Shown here one piece after another: positions 37,401 to 45,921 of a stretch of 63,652 nucleotides of DNA. Source of the DNA: a virus (taxonomy: Duplodnaviria; Caudoviricetes); IMG/VR virus record IMGVR_UViG_3300030109_004674, positions 1 through 63,652 of that record; one strand, 5' to 3'. Each line of letters opens with the position of its first letter. The stretch's first letter is position 1. The translations under genes and the position numbers were made by a program. A model generated the notes under the pieces. That model saw nothing but the letters and a program-made list of their open reading frames with translations, was not told the DNA's origin and did not search any database.

Positions 37401-39904
37401 CTAGGCATATTGATATTCTTAGCGGCCATATGGATGCAATAGCTGTGACATCGGGAATGAGAAATAAAATCAAGGGTGCTATAAAAGATTTAATTTATAG
37501 AAGACACGGAGACATACATCGAGGTATGTTTGAAGATGATGTTTTAGCTCATGAAATGGAGGTTTTAACTGAAGCTGAAAATATAGCATTAACTTTTATG
37601 ACTCAAGGAACTAAAAAAGTTCCAGAAATGTTAAAAATGGGTAAAGAGCAAAGGGCTATTATAAATGGATTGCTACAAAATCCTACGCAAAACATGGTAC
37701 TTTTTGAAAATAAAATATACGAAAGGTTTTCTAAGTACTTTGAAGCTATGACGGAAAATGGTCAGCTTACAGAAGAGGCTTATGTAACAGGATATATGCC
37801 ACAGGTTTGGGATTTGAAAGGAAAAGAAATTGGAGAAGTAAAAAAAGTATTCGATTTAAAAAACCCCAACACAAAAAAGAGATACATACAAAGTTATGAG
37901 GCAGGTATTAAATTAGGATTAACGCCAAAAACTTTAAAAGCAAGCGATTTATTAAGAGTCTATTCTAAAAATTATCATCAGACTACAGCTAATAAAGGTT
38001 TTGTAGAGGCTTTATATGAGATGGTTACAGAGTCAGGACAAAGATTAGTTGTTCCAGCTGATTCAAAAGCACCTCCAGGATATGTTAAAATCGATAATCC
38101 AGCTTTTACGAAATACGTAATGAAACCAAACAAGGACGGTAAATTTGAACTTACTGAAGTTCCTGTAATGGCTCATCCTGAAATAGCAGGATATGTCAAT
38201 GCGTTAGCTAGCCAAGGTTTTGATAATAAAGGTTTAAAGGCATTATACGCTTTGACGCAGGTAGTAAAAAAGATAAATCTAAGTATTTCCTTTTTTCACC
38301 ATTGGGCTTTAAGTGAAGCAGCTACAGCTACTCCTGCAAGTTTAACCGCAGCAGTCGGCATGTGGAATCCTAGAAAAATAATGAAAGAATACTTCACGAA
38401 TGAAAATCCAATGGAAGTATTTAGAAATATTCCCTTAACTAAAGAGGCGTTAGAAGCAGGGCTTATGATAGAGTCTTCTCCAGATATATCTAGAGAGATT
38501 TCAGACAACTTGTTTAATCGAGCAGTTAGAGGTTTGGATAATGCGATCTTTAATAAAACTGAAATAAGTTTTAAAGACGCAGATGGAAAGATGAGAACAA
38601 TTAATCTAAACCCTGTAAAGGGTACAGATAAACTTGTGAAAAAATGGGATGGATTTTTATGGGATTACCTGCATAATGGTTTTAAGTTAACGGCTTTCCA
38701 AAACATGAAAACCGACTGGGATGTTAAAAACCCAAACGCAACTAAAGAGCAGAGAAAACTTGCTTATAGAGAAATTGCAGGCCAGGTTAACGATACGTTT
38801 GGAGGACAAGCGTGGGAAATGTTAGCGGTTAGTAAGAAAACGCTTCAAACACTACAATTGTTATTGCTTTCTCCAGATTGGACGGTATCTACCGGTAGAC
38901 AGTTCTTATCAATGTTTGCTGGATTTTCTGACTCAAAAACATTTAGAGCGTTAAGAAGAGATGGTAATTACGGTAAAAGACCTTTATATACTATTGATGG
39001 AATATACAATGCTGTAGAGAAGTTAGATGTAGCAAACGATTTAAACTCTGCAAGCACAAGAAGAAATATGGGATTGCGTTTTTGGTCTAATGCATGCCTT
39101 AGATACTATTTACTAATGAATGTCGCAAACTACGTTATAACAGCATGGAGTGATGATAGGGATAGAGAGGATGAAAGAGATAGAAATGCGTTTGATAAAG
39201 CAATGGATTCTTTTGGTATTATTCCAGACGGAACAGTAGGTAAGTTTATGTATGAAAACGACAGAGGAAATAAATTTGCTTTGATGGGAGGAAGGAGTCC
39301 TGCTACAAATGAGAAGATGTATTACAGGATGTCTAAGCAGTTTTTAGAGGTGCCAGAAATGCTAGAAGACCCATTAGGAAGACTTGCGTCTAAAGCGTCT
39401 CCTAATTTAAGGTTTATTTCAGACGTTATAATAGACCCTAAGACTATATACGATCCTTACAGAACAAGAGGTGAAGCTGCTTTAGATGTTATACTTCCTT
39501 TTTCGTCAAAGATATTTAATCCTGATGAAAACCTTACTCCTTTAACTAGAACCGTATCCGTTGCTGTTGGTGTAAGAAAAGGGTTTACACAAACCCGATT
39601 AAAAAGAGAGCTTGGTGATCTTTGGAGAGAAGACGCACCTATAGAGGATTTTATCGAATTAGCTTATGCAGCAAAAGAAACAGGAGAAAAGCTTAGATAT
39701 AAACTCGCTGTTGTTCAAGCTTCTGAAGAGTACATGAAGGCAAAAGAGAAGGAGATTAAAAAAATAGAAGGAATAAAAGGTGAAGGGGGAAAGATAAGGA
39801 TGTTGCAGAATAGAGAGCTTCGGGAAAAATGGATAGAAGAAAAGAAGTATTTAGGTAAAAAAATACAACAAGTTATCAATGAAGCTAGCAGAATAACACC
39901 ATAA
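31487..39904 (+). CDS. Giant (2805 aa) internal virion/ejection protein
   Basis: Acidic N-terminus, Gly-rich hydrophobic segments, K/E-rich coils, helical C-terminal region; no catalytic motif recognised. Confidence 0.65.
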   Translation: MASEFELGQESYDESSAQIGEGIVDDNILTEEEKKKKEEEAKLKLQLAKNAANQTSQGASDTTSIATEEPALPQEIQDTISSQEETPEEEVVDEIEEASEQEVDEEDTKNKVPVTRYAKNPPEKTVNNEKAKQLYQFLSEDPDINLVSTFDEFKTNWLGTDEKAKEIYDILSGPNNLSDEAYEENLQDYLSQVRSDDVVANNNEDGYEMANTGRINLTVDQLPDALGLTTKEAASYDKARELQDRLDALMPAYERELAAEKTRQEKENRQNKIDEAAKTFEEKIHERVNEDLGVSEHRQDLFELQRQSEIGIHQAKKTTQLGTLVEQLKKDIKTEKNMLEVAAGISAAPYIWYDGIDEPLKEMLSTDKEFIVREFKGTENEIFSTEFEIDKKIAQMEKDRETTIKLIGSVKYEKRLDKLKEERADVLEEYFAPINKNINELNALKLEQGISKKRIDAINKQIKIQQGLKRNLILDNPEQAIKSLTPALEGNNKIIMKQIMDTIDKDHPNASAKEKFDLFFLAHREAVTQNLIEVGYAKEAGMDEMMRPVIEVDIGWSPYIKDAFNWKRIPFTSIPVDEGTMSLTDKQKEAIKGLSGLNAMLPIYLTNRVKVTDDSFWDGFWDGMGSFMLPNLYAGDTNMTQKRMSVTQRFIDEYGVDNVDKKTLEAISGASTPADLFKEDFKLWNPFTWDEVDPVRAGQTTGMLAGVMVEMLPAMVATAPEGGAGGLAVLARIGNTLKNAKKFKRLGKASARYFDLLKESSSLAKYSVFAKNPLLKNAAFEGLRFELVGEVFQTNEDTFNFWSGFAGGYLGGLTAKGIKSGASSLFTKTGAEDALARLGVVFGDKAKGLANSIIEIQSRGIGEVGEEIAQEMVETYRQTPEGKSFFAELRKKFPDAKSIDEFLITTYLMGSMFGGMAQFNKLYSKHKGSGGNTKVVDEAVGDMANDQSLAIMKVVEEESKIDSEGGKRQARKVPLALKSGKESTGDMDLLLEDKSISEEQVQSEIELDEDIDTKDSKVATEVNEKLGEEKTKRLQELKKKKAEGDESFEVDSEIDEIIREKQDIRAGIVSDSDSKSFVTLDSNDKIEKGDRLSSKKDDGSYVNYDVIGTNKDGSIDVDINGTKSTLSENIVKDLRKQEGFTLTRETDVGPKTTAEEKGLSAMNSLQKKISEGVTGKELTKDRKQANQYLKDNYDLDSQELSSLKDELGIKSKASSAQAVFASAIRKGVTTDKFMSAIKKVTADSKPDTKTGRKAKAKELQDEIDILEKEIAFEGRQLESDKDGLENEIETVNDLVSRKWEPVNSEDAAVQLAGKNTKGRQVVGTKGDINIKSTSKTGRSIRAIADDIAAEANDTNNIDSDDVFEAILDVLQEGGIAKWRNKVFNKKGLSQKEADLKAKEQTLKEKKNDLAKLKEKDPNADLSTEEEVFFEEKAKDQEEFEASEEKRMKEETPKVSPKQMSDKELNAAIKEAKAANEKASFADGSKNKTVSALKKLTDEKKSRTAAEKESKAESKTPLQKAKDEVSRIQKELDEKKQEAVKLFKETGNAKTLDNEVVKLEKELKAAKAKLDKLKPAPKKTRKLTPQEKKAAQLKREAKKLADKNNKAAQKEHDAETKKAGEYKVSEDSKETIKQKTDALPKDHTVFKHKKTVIQDIVKAIDELAKGNIATIIIGGSKIPFLKMTTDKNGKVFIDKQSGVWDLVFGLDRKNEDGSNVINSEDGSADLRNELAKQIAKARLVGLAKAQAKVNLEKKKLASKMFESGLKDITDAAKQARGEMSLFLGGTQASLKLLKGVVKMAAGGGLFVLEKGVGVPIKYGLKAYQFATDQVSSLVAKFVDKVLYKLLDEIGIATIKAVKFIFGKIFNKVAEYARKGKMSASDIDYNSIDPDTATAFEDTVREAANMKGDISDISLFIRNQAAMFKALSESISEKKKSYALASAALMKLSNDVGRMTNLDDVKARLQEEANPTAPRHIDILSGHMDAIAVTSGMRNKIKGAIKDLIYRRHGDIHRGMFEDDVLAHEMEVLTEAENIALTFMTQGTKKVPEMLKMGKEQRAIINGLLQNPTQNMVLFENKIYERFSKYFEAMTENGQLTEEAYVTGYMPQVWDLKGKEIGEVKKVFDLKNPNTKKRYIQSYEAGIKLGLTPKTLKASDLLRVYSKNYHQTTANKGFVEALYEMVTESGQRLVVPADSKAPPGYVKIDNPAFTKYVMKPNKDGKFELTEVPVMAHPEIAGYVNALASQGFDNKGLKALYALTQVVKKINLSISFFHHWALSEAATATPASLTAAVGMWNPRKIMKEYFTNENPMEVFRNIPLTKEALEAGLMIESSPDISREISDNLFNRAVRGLDNAIFNKTEISFKDADGKMRTINLNPVKGTDKLVKKWDGFLWDYLHNGFKLTAFQNMKTDWDVKNPNATKEQRKLAYREIAGQVNDTFGGQAWEMLAVSKKTLQTLQLLLLSPDWTVSTGRQFLSMFAGFSDSKTFRALRRDGNYGKRPLYTIDGIYNAVEKLDVANDLNSASTRRNMGLRFWSNACLRYYLLMNVANYVITAWSDDRDREDERDRNAFDKAMDSFGIIPDGTVGKFMYENDRGNKFALMGGRSPATNEKMYYRMSKQFLEVPEMLEDPLGRLASKASPNLRFISDVIIDPKTIYDPYRTRGEAALDVILPFSSKIFNPDENLTPLTRTVSVAVGVRKGFTQTRLKRELGDLWREDAPIEDFIELAYAAKETGEKLRYKLAVVQASEEYMKAKEKEIKKIEGIKGEGGKIRMLQNRELREKWIEEKKYLGKKIQQVINEASRITP

Positions 39905-39959
39905 CATTGACCCTAACAAAAACTAAGGAAGCCACGTAATATAGTAATTAAATAATTTA

Positions 39960-39967
39960 TATATTTG
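39960..39967 (+). promoter_or_regulatory. TAnnTTTG (-7) promoter element for the tail-fibre block
   Basis: TATATTTG in the intergenic gap. Confidence 0.55.
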
Positions 39968-39983
39968 TTAAAAGAGACAAGTC

Positions 39984-40721
39984 ATGCCAAACTTTCAAGC
40001 AACATTAATCGATTCATCAACAAACACAATAGACGTATCTATTGATACGGACTGTTCAATTTTGACTTTTGAGGATAATTCTAATTATACTACTTCAGAT
40101 GAATCAGGTCATGAAAACGCAGACTTTGCAGATTATAGGCAGTTAGAAATTAGTTCTCCAGATGGTTCAACATACGATTACGATGCTCAAGGAAATTTAG
40201 ATGCAGCTTGGGATCAAGGGACTTCTAGAAACAATACTCTAAACAGGACGTTAGCTTCTTCAGATTTAGATGGCGTATACGTTTTGACTCTTTTTTCTGT
40301 ACCAACTTATAACTCGTCTGTCAGCTACACGCATACCACGGCTAGCCCAAAATCTGTTTATTACAACAATAAAATTTGGCAGACACTACAAACAACACCT
40401 TCATCAAATACTCCAGAGTCTGGTTCTGAGTATTGGAAAGAAATAACCAGAAAAGACCTTAGTTCTAAGTATAAAGCGACAGCTACATTTTCTTTAACAT
40501 GTAGAGAGCTTAATCAATGTTTAGAAAGACTGACATTAGAGGCAGGGTGTACTGTGAGTGGAGATTCGTGTGATGACGACCTTCTTTGCGGTAATACATC
40601 ATTCTTAAATCAAGTTAAGCTTAAAACCTTAATAGATGGTATAGGATACGCCAGTGATGCAGGAGACTTTACTGAGGCAACCAATTTGGTCAATGCAGCT
40701 AAATCAATTTGTAATTGTTAA
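39984..40721 (+). CDS. Tail hub/collar-like structural protein
   Basis: LDGVY.LT motif; Cys-rich C-terminus ending ICNC; small carbohydrate-binding-like insert. Confidence 0.55.
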   Translation: MPNFQATLIDSSTNTIDVSIDTDCSILTFEDNSNYTTSDESGHENADFADYRQLEISSPDGSTYDYDAQGNLDAAWDQGTSRNNTLNRTLASSDLDGVYVLTLFSVPTYNSSVSYTHTTASPKSVYYNNKIWQTLQTTPSSNTPESGSEYWKEITRKDLSSKYKATATFSLTCRELNQCLERLTLEAGCTVSGDSCDDDLLCGNTSFLNQVKLKTLIDGIGYASDAGDFTEATNLVNAAKSICNC

Positions 40722-41029
40722 TGAGCCAGATTCAACAACATCTATTAGATCCGGAAAATGTTTCAGTAATGACTGAAGCAAACACGAAAACTGTTAAACG
40801 TGATATTGTCTTAAAGCTAAATAAACTAGCTTTAGCGATGGTCTATAATTTAGGTTCAGAGTCTGATACTGAGTGGGGAGACGTTATTTTAAAAAATAAC
40901 ATTCTAGACATGTTCACGTACACAAACGCAAAAACATTAACAGAGGATGATCTTAGATGCTTGGTAGGCAGGTTGTTTAGAGAGCTAGATAGTAGTATTC
41001 CTTGTAATACTAGTGGTATACATTTTTAA
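40721..41029 (+). CDS. Hypothetical protein (tail module)
   Basis: ATG overlaps the upstream TAA. Confidence 0.65.
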   Translation: MSQIQQHLLDPENVSVMTEANTKTVKRDIVLKLNKLALAMVYNLGSESDTEWGDVILKNNILDMFTYTNAKTLTEDDLRCLVGRLFRELDSSIPCNTSGIHF

Positions 41030-41041
41030 GTAGAAACAATT

Positions 41042-44000
41042 ATGAGTGGAGGAAGTTGTAATCCAATTAGATCAAAAAAACCAACGTCTCAGAACTTAAG
41101 CACTTCTGATGTAACAACGTACGATGGTCCAGCTGTAAGTAACCTGTCGGGAATTACACCAAGTGTATCGTCCTTAAATAATGTAGTAACATCTATAGAT
41201 AATGCTTTTGGAAGTTTTTCACTTCCTAATTCTGGCGGCATAACATACAACGGAAACCTTACGTTGGGGACTTGCAATATTCCTGTTACACCAACGGTAA
41301 ACACTACGGTTAATGACGCAATAACTTCTTTAGCAACATACATATGTTCGGTAGAAAGCAGTATACCTAGTGTTACTAACTTAACAACAGACAGCATAAA
41401 GGTAACTGGTAGTTTGATAGGAACAACTTGTATTGGCACATTTACTGCGGCAAGTACTACAACAGCTTATCTTGATGCGTTAACAACATATGTTTGTAAT
41501 GGATTAACCACATTAAGTGGTGCAGACCAAACAGATTTGTATGATTACGAATCAATATCAACTCACGAAGACTGGATTGGTATTGGGGGTGACTCAGGAC
41601 ACTCTTCTAGTAGTTTAATAGTTCCAATTACTAGTAATCCTAGTGGAGTTGGACGTTATTACATAAACGGAATAAAGTATAAAGTAGCTAATCAGAATGT
41701 AACTTTAGTTGCAAGTAGAGATAATTATGTTGATTGGTCTGAAAGTGCCACTGATTATGTTATTACAGATGTAGCATCAGGAAGCACAGCACCACCAGTA
41801 AGCGGAGTTAGACTTTGGAAGTTTGTAACTGACGGATCAGGTGTAACCGCAGCAACAGACCTTAGAAATCTATATTGGTTTGATGGTGAAAGAATGACTG
41901 ACAATGCCGTCCTAACAAGGCATATTACAGATTTAAATGTAACTGCAGCAAAACTAGAAAACTTTGGTACTGCAGGTACAAATGATTGGGGTATTGGTCA
42001 ATTTACTGTTGATGATAAAGGTAGGGTTCAATCGTATAGTGAAAATGTAACATTAAATTCATTAGCAAACGGAGATGTGTTGCAGTATAACTCAAGCACT
42101 AGTACTTGGGAAAATGTTGGAATAGCAGCTACATTAATTCCTGCAGGAGCAACACAAGGGCAGACATTGTATTACGACACAAGTAGTAGTCAGTACCAAG
42201 TGAGTACATTCTTGCGAAACATGGATAATGCCGTAGGTATTGGAGGAAGCGGTATTCCGCAACAAGAACTACACATAGGTGCTTCCGCTACACAGGCATG
42301 GCAGCTTGATGATGTATCAGGACTTAATGCTTCAACAACAACAGGAGGCTCTTTAGTAGCTGATACTTATTACTATACTGTTACAGCTATTGATTCTTTA
42401 GGAGGTGAAAGTATATCTCAAAACGAAGTATCTGGTACAGTGGATGGAATTGCTCAAACACAAGTAGACATAACATGGGCAGAAGTCCCTAGAGCAACAT
42501 CATATAGAGTTTACAAGGGTACTGCATCCGGTGTTTACACGGAATATTTTTCAGTAACTGGAAGTTTTATTTATTCAGACACTGGAGCTGCAGGAACAGC
42601 AGGAAGTGCTCCAACTGAAAATCCTAGTGCTTTTGCAATGTACGCTACTAAAAATGGTATTGGTATAGGTGCTACAGCTGACGCAGAAAAAGCTATTGTA
42701 ATAAGAGATAACGGATTCTCTACTCATTACGGTGTCGACATACTTTTACAAGGAACTAAAAATGTTGATACTTACGGTGTAAAATCTTCTATCACAGCAA
42801 CAAACTCAGCTAACAATATAGGTGGTTGGTTTAATGTTTCGGGTGGTGCTAATAATTACGTATTAAGACTTCAAGACGGAAACGACAATACAGGTAAGTT
42901 TTTGCAAGTTTCAGACGCTGACGGAAATGTTGCTTTTAATGATCCGTCTGTGACTATACAAGATGAAGGTGCTTCTATTCTAGCTGGTGCCAATGTAATA
43001 AACTTTGTTGGGCCAGGTGTTACAGCTTCATCTCCTTCTGCAGGACAAGTTGATGTTTCGATTACAGGATCTGTTTCTGCATTAGATGATTTATCCGATG
43101 TAACATCAGCATCACCAAATGACTGGGACACTCTTGCATATGACTCCGCTTTAAGTCAATGGGTTAATAGTGGTGTTATAAGCAATGATCTTGACAACGC
43201 AGCTATAGGAGATAAACCAACAGCTATAGCGGCAAGACTACATATAAACAGTACTAATGGCACTGATTTATTAAAAATAGAAAACTCTATAGCAGGGGTA
43301 GTAGCAACAATTAATTCTGCAGGATTATTAACATATAATGATGCTATAAAATACACTTACACTAATAGTGGTGCGTCTCCTTTAGGTGCAGGAAAAGTGT
43401 TAACATCTGACGCTAACGGTAATGCGACATGGGAGAATGCTAATTCTTCCATAAACCTGCAGTCAGTTACGAACATTGGAAATGCTACAACAAACAATAT
43501 TGAGCTAACAGGTTCTAGTTTAGTTTATGACAATAGCTCGTTTACTACAACTGTATCAGCCAATCCTACGGCAAATAGAACAATAAACTTTCCAGATGAA
43601 AGTGGATATATAGTTTTAGGGTCAGGTACTACGGATAGAGTTACTAGATGGGATTCAGCAAGTAGTACAGGTAATTCATCTTTTTATGATGACGGAACAA
43701 CAACAGGTTTTGGTGTTACCCCAAGTGCCTCTAAGAGGATAGATATTGTATCCAATGTAGATACAACTATAGAAATAGATCACACAGGGTCAGCTGCAGG
43801 ATCTTGTATATTAGATATGTCTTACACGGGTACTGCTAGTGGAATAGTATCAGGTTTAGTGAAGTTATCAAGTAGTTCCGCTGTTGGAAGTACAAAAGGA
43901 ATTGTAGCCCAACTTACATCAAGCACTGGTACTTATGTTTACGGTGTTCAAGGTAATGTTAACAATGCTGCTAACAGAAATTGCGGTGTTTACGGGTCGG

Positions 44001-44806
44001 CAAATAATGCTCAGTCTGGAGGTAAAGATATTGGTGTTTTAGCTGCAGCTAATAATGCAAACACAACTTTCAGTTATGTTAGTGTAGGGCTTTCAGCAAG
44101 CTCATCAGCACCTTCAACTAATGCAGGAGACGCTGCAGGTATTTGGTGTGCAGCTACTGTTTCCAATTCTGATGATAACTACGGTATACATATTAAAACA
44201 GCAAACCCAGGTACGGGTACATCATATATAGGTATATTTGATGACGGCAGAACAACAGGAGCAAATAAGTACTTAAAATCTATAGACGCAAACGGTGTTG
44301 CTGAATGGGCAAGCATTACGGCTTCAAGTTTAGGAGTGACATTAAGCAGCACATCTTCAGGGTCTACGACAACCTCTGATTCTTTATACACAATGACTTC
44401 TGGTATTGATGTAGAATATAGAACTAACGGAGGAGTTAGTCTGTTTTATATGGATGAATCAGACAGTAAGGTTGGTATTGGAACAAATTCTCCAACATCT
44501 ACACTATCGGTAAATGGTTCTGCTGAAATGAAGCTAGTTACAACATCATCAGCTTCTTATACGGCAGGAGATGAAGTCACTATATATGCGGATACGACAT
44601 CTAATAATGTTACCGTAAACCTTCCTACAGCATCAGGAATTGACGGAAGGATATATGTTGTAAAGAAAAAAGTACAAGCTAATAAAATTATTATAGACGC
44701 TAACTCTTCAGAAACAATAGACGGATCTACTACACAAGAGTTATTTGACCAATACGATTGGATTACCATTCAGTCGGATGGAACAAGTTGGATTATAATA
44801 GGATAA
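41042..44806 (+). CDS. Tail fibre protein
   Basis: Ser/Thr/Gly-rich; FN3-like segment YYYTVTAID...W...YRVY; C-terminal LPTASG...SDGTSWII fibre domain. Confidence 0.8.
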   Translation: MSGGSCNPIRSKKPTSQNLSTSDVTTYDGPAVSNLSGITPSVSSLNNVVTSIDNAFGSFSLPNSGGITYNGNLTLGTCNIPVTPTVNTTVNDAITSLATYICSVESSIPSVTNLTTDSIKVTGSLIGTTCIGTFTAASTTTAYLDALTTYVCNGLTTLSGADQTDLYDYESISTHEDWIGIGGDSGHSSSSLIVPITSNPSGVGRYYINGIKYKVANQNVTLVASRDNYVDWSESATDYVITDVASGSTAPPVSGVRLWKFVTDGSGVTAATDLRNLYWFDGERMTDNAVLTRHITDLNVTAAKLENFGTAGTNDWGIGQFTVDDKGRVQSYSENVTLNSLANGDVLQYNSSTSTWENVGIAATLIPAGATQGQTLYYDTSSSQYQVSTFLRNMDNAVGIGGSGIPQQELHIGASATQAWQLDDVSGLNASTTTGGSLVADTYYYTVTAIDSLGGESISQNEVSGTVDGIAQTQVDITWAEVPRATSYRVYKGTASGVYTEYFSVTGSFIYSDTGAAGTAGSAPTENPSAFAMYATKNGIGIGATADAEKAIVIRDNGFSTHYGVDILLQGTKNVDTYGVKSSITATNSANNIGGWFNVSGGANNYVLRLQDGNDNTGKFLQVSDADGNVAFNDPSVTIQDEGASILAGANVINFVGPGVTASSPSAGQVDVSITGSVSALDDLSDVTSASPNDWDTLAYDSALSQWVNSGVISNDLDNAAIGDKPTAIAARLHINSTNGTDLLKIENSIAGVVATINSAGLLTYNDAIKYTYTNSGASPLGAGKVLTSDANGNATWENANSSINLQSVTNIGNATTNNIELTGSSLVYDNSSFTTTVSANPTANRTINFPDESGYIVLGSGTTDRVTRWDSASSTGNSSFYDDGTTTGFGVTPSASKRIDIVSNVDTTIEIDHTGSAAGSCILDMSYTGTASGIVSGLVKLSSSSAVGSTKGIVAQLTSSTGTYVYGVQGNVNNAANRNCGVYGSANNAQSGGKDIGVLAAANNANTTFSYVSVGLSASSSAPSTNAGDAAGIWCAATVSNSDDNYGIHIKTANPGTGTSYIGIFDDGRTTGANKYLKSIDANGVAEWASITASSLGVTLSSTSSGSTTTSDSLYTMTSGIDVEYRTNGGVSLFYMDESDSKVGIGTNSPTSTLSVNGSAEMKLVTTSSASYTAGDEVTIYADTTSNNVTVNLPTASGIDGRIYVVKKKVQANKIIIDANSSETIDGSTTQELFDQYDWITIQSDGTSWIIIG

Positions 44807-44816
44807 AATTATTGAT

Positions 44817-45917
44817 ATGAAAAATACTTCAAATTTAAGAAATAATAATTCCGCAACTGTTGCCCCTACTGCTACAGATGACTCAACTTTAGGGTATAAT
44901 GTTGGCAGTACATGGGTTGACACAACTGCAAATGAAGGTTATGTGTGTGTAGATTCTTCAGCAACAGCAGCTATATGGTCAAATATTAGTGCAGCAGCAA
45001 ACCTTTTCACATCAAATTTAAATCTATTAGCTAATAGAAGCCACACTTTAAATGACAAAGAATTTAAATTCGACATTGACAATTCAAGTACTAACATAAT
45101 AGGTAACTCAAGATTTAGTAGTGCAGGAATAGTGGGTTATTTAAACGATACAACTACAAATGTTGTTAACAGTTATAATATTAACAGTACAGATATAACA
45201 TTCATAGCAGATAGTTCAACAGCTTATACATCTTTGGTTATTAGTCCGGGTTCAATAGCTTTGTCAGAAGGTTCAAGTGATATAGCTATCGATGGAATAT
45301 CTGTAAGTCTATCATCAGGAAATGGTGGTCTTTCAATTGGTTCTGTTGGTACAGCAAACACTTTGTATCAAGATAATTCTACTAATAAATATGGAATTTT
45401 ATTAAACGGATTTGGTGAAACTTCTGAAACAAATGCGACGGGAGCAAGCTATGCTAGTTTAGTTGGAACATCATTAGTGCCTAAAAAATATGTTGACGAT
45501 GCTATAGCTTCATCAGGGTCAACACCAGCTTTAAATAACGGAGAAATATATGTAGGTGATGCTTCAAATGCGGCTCAATCAGTAGCTATGAGTGGAGACA
45601 CTACGATAGATAATGCAGGAGTAGTTACCATTGGAAATGATAAAGTTACTTATCCTAAAATGCAAGATACCACTCAAGCAGCTATATTAGGTACTGCTTT
45701 AGGTGCAGGAACGGTGGGAGAAATTCCAATAATTGAACAGTATCTATCAGCAGGAACAACAGTAACTTTGTTAGAAAACACATCTAATTGGGATGTAAAC
45801 GGAGTTTACACAGGAGCAACAATAACTGGAACGTATCAAGGTCAAGCACATGTTAACGCTAACTACTGGTTTACTGCAACAGATGATAATGTTTGGATTA
45901 GATTAATTAGAGGATAG
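44817..45917 (+). CDS. Tail fibre/spike-associated protein
   Basis: APTATDDSTLGYNVGSTW and AMSGDTTIDNAGVVTI fibre motifs. Confidence 0.7.
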   Translation: MKNTSNLRNNNSATVAPTATDDSTLGYNVGSTWVDTTANEGYVCVDSSATAAIWSNISAAANLFTSNLNLLANRSHTLNDKEFKFDIDNSSTNIIGNSRFSSAGIVGYLNDTTTNVVNSYNINSTDITFIADSSTAYTSLVISPGSIALSEGSSDIAIDGISVSLSSGNGGLSIGSVGTANTLYQDNSTNKYGILLNGFGETSETNATGASYASLVGTSLVPKKYVDDAIASSGSTPALNNGEIYVGDASNAAQSVAMSGDTTIDNAGVVTIGNDKVTYPKMQDTTQAAILGTALGAGTVGEIPIIEQYLSAGTTVTLLENTSNWDVNGVYTGATITGTYQGQAHVNANYWFTATDDNVWIRLIRG

Positions 45918-45921
45918 AATT

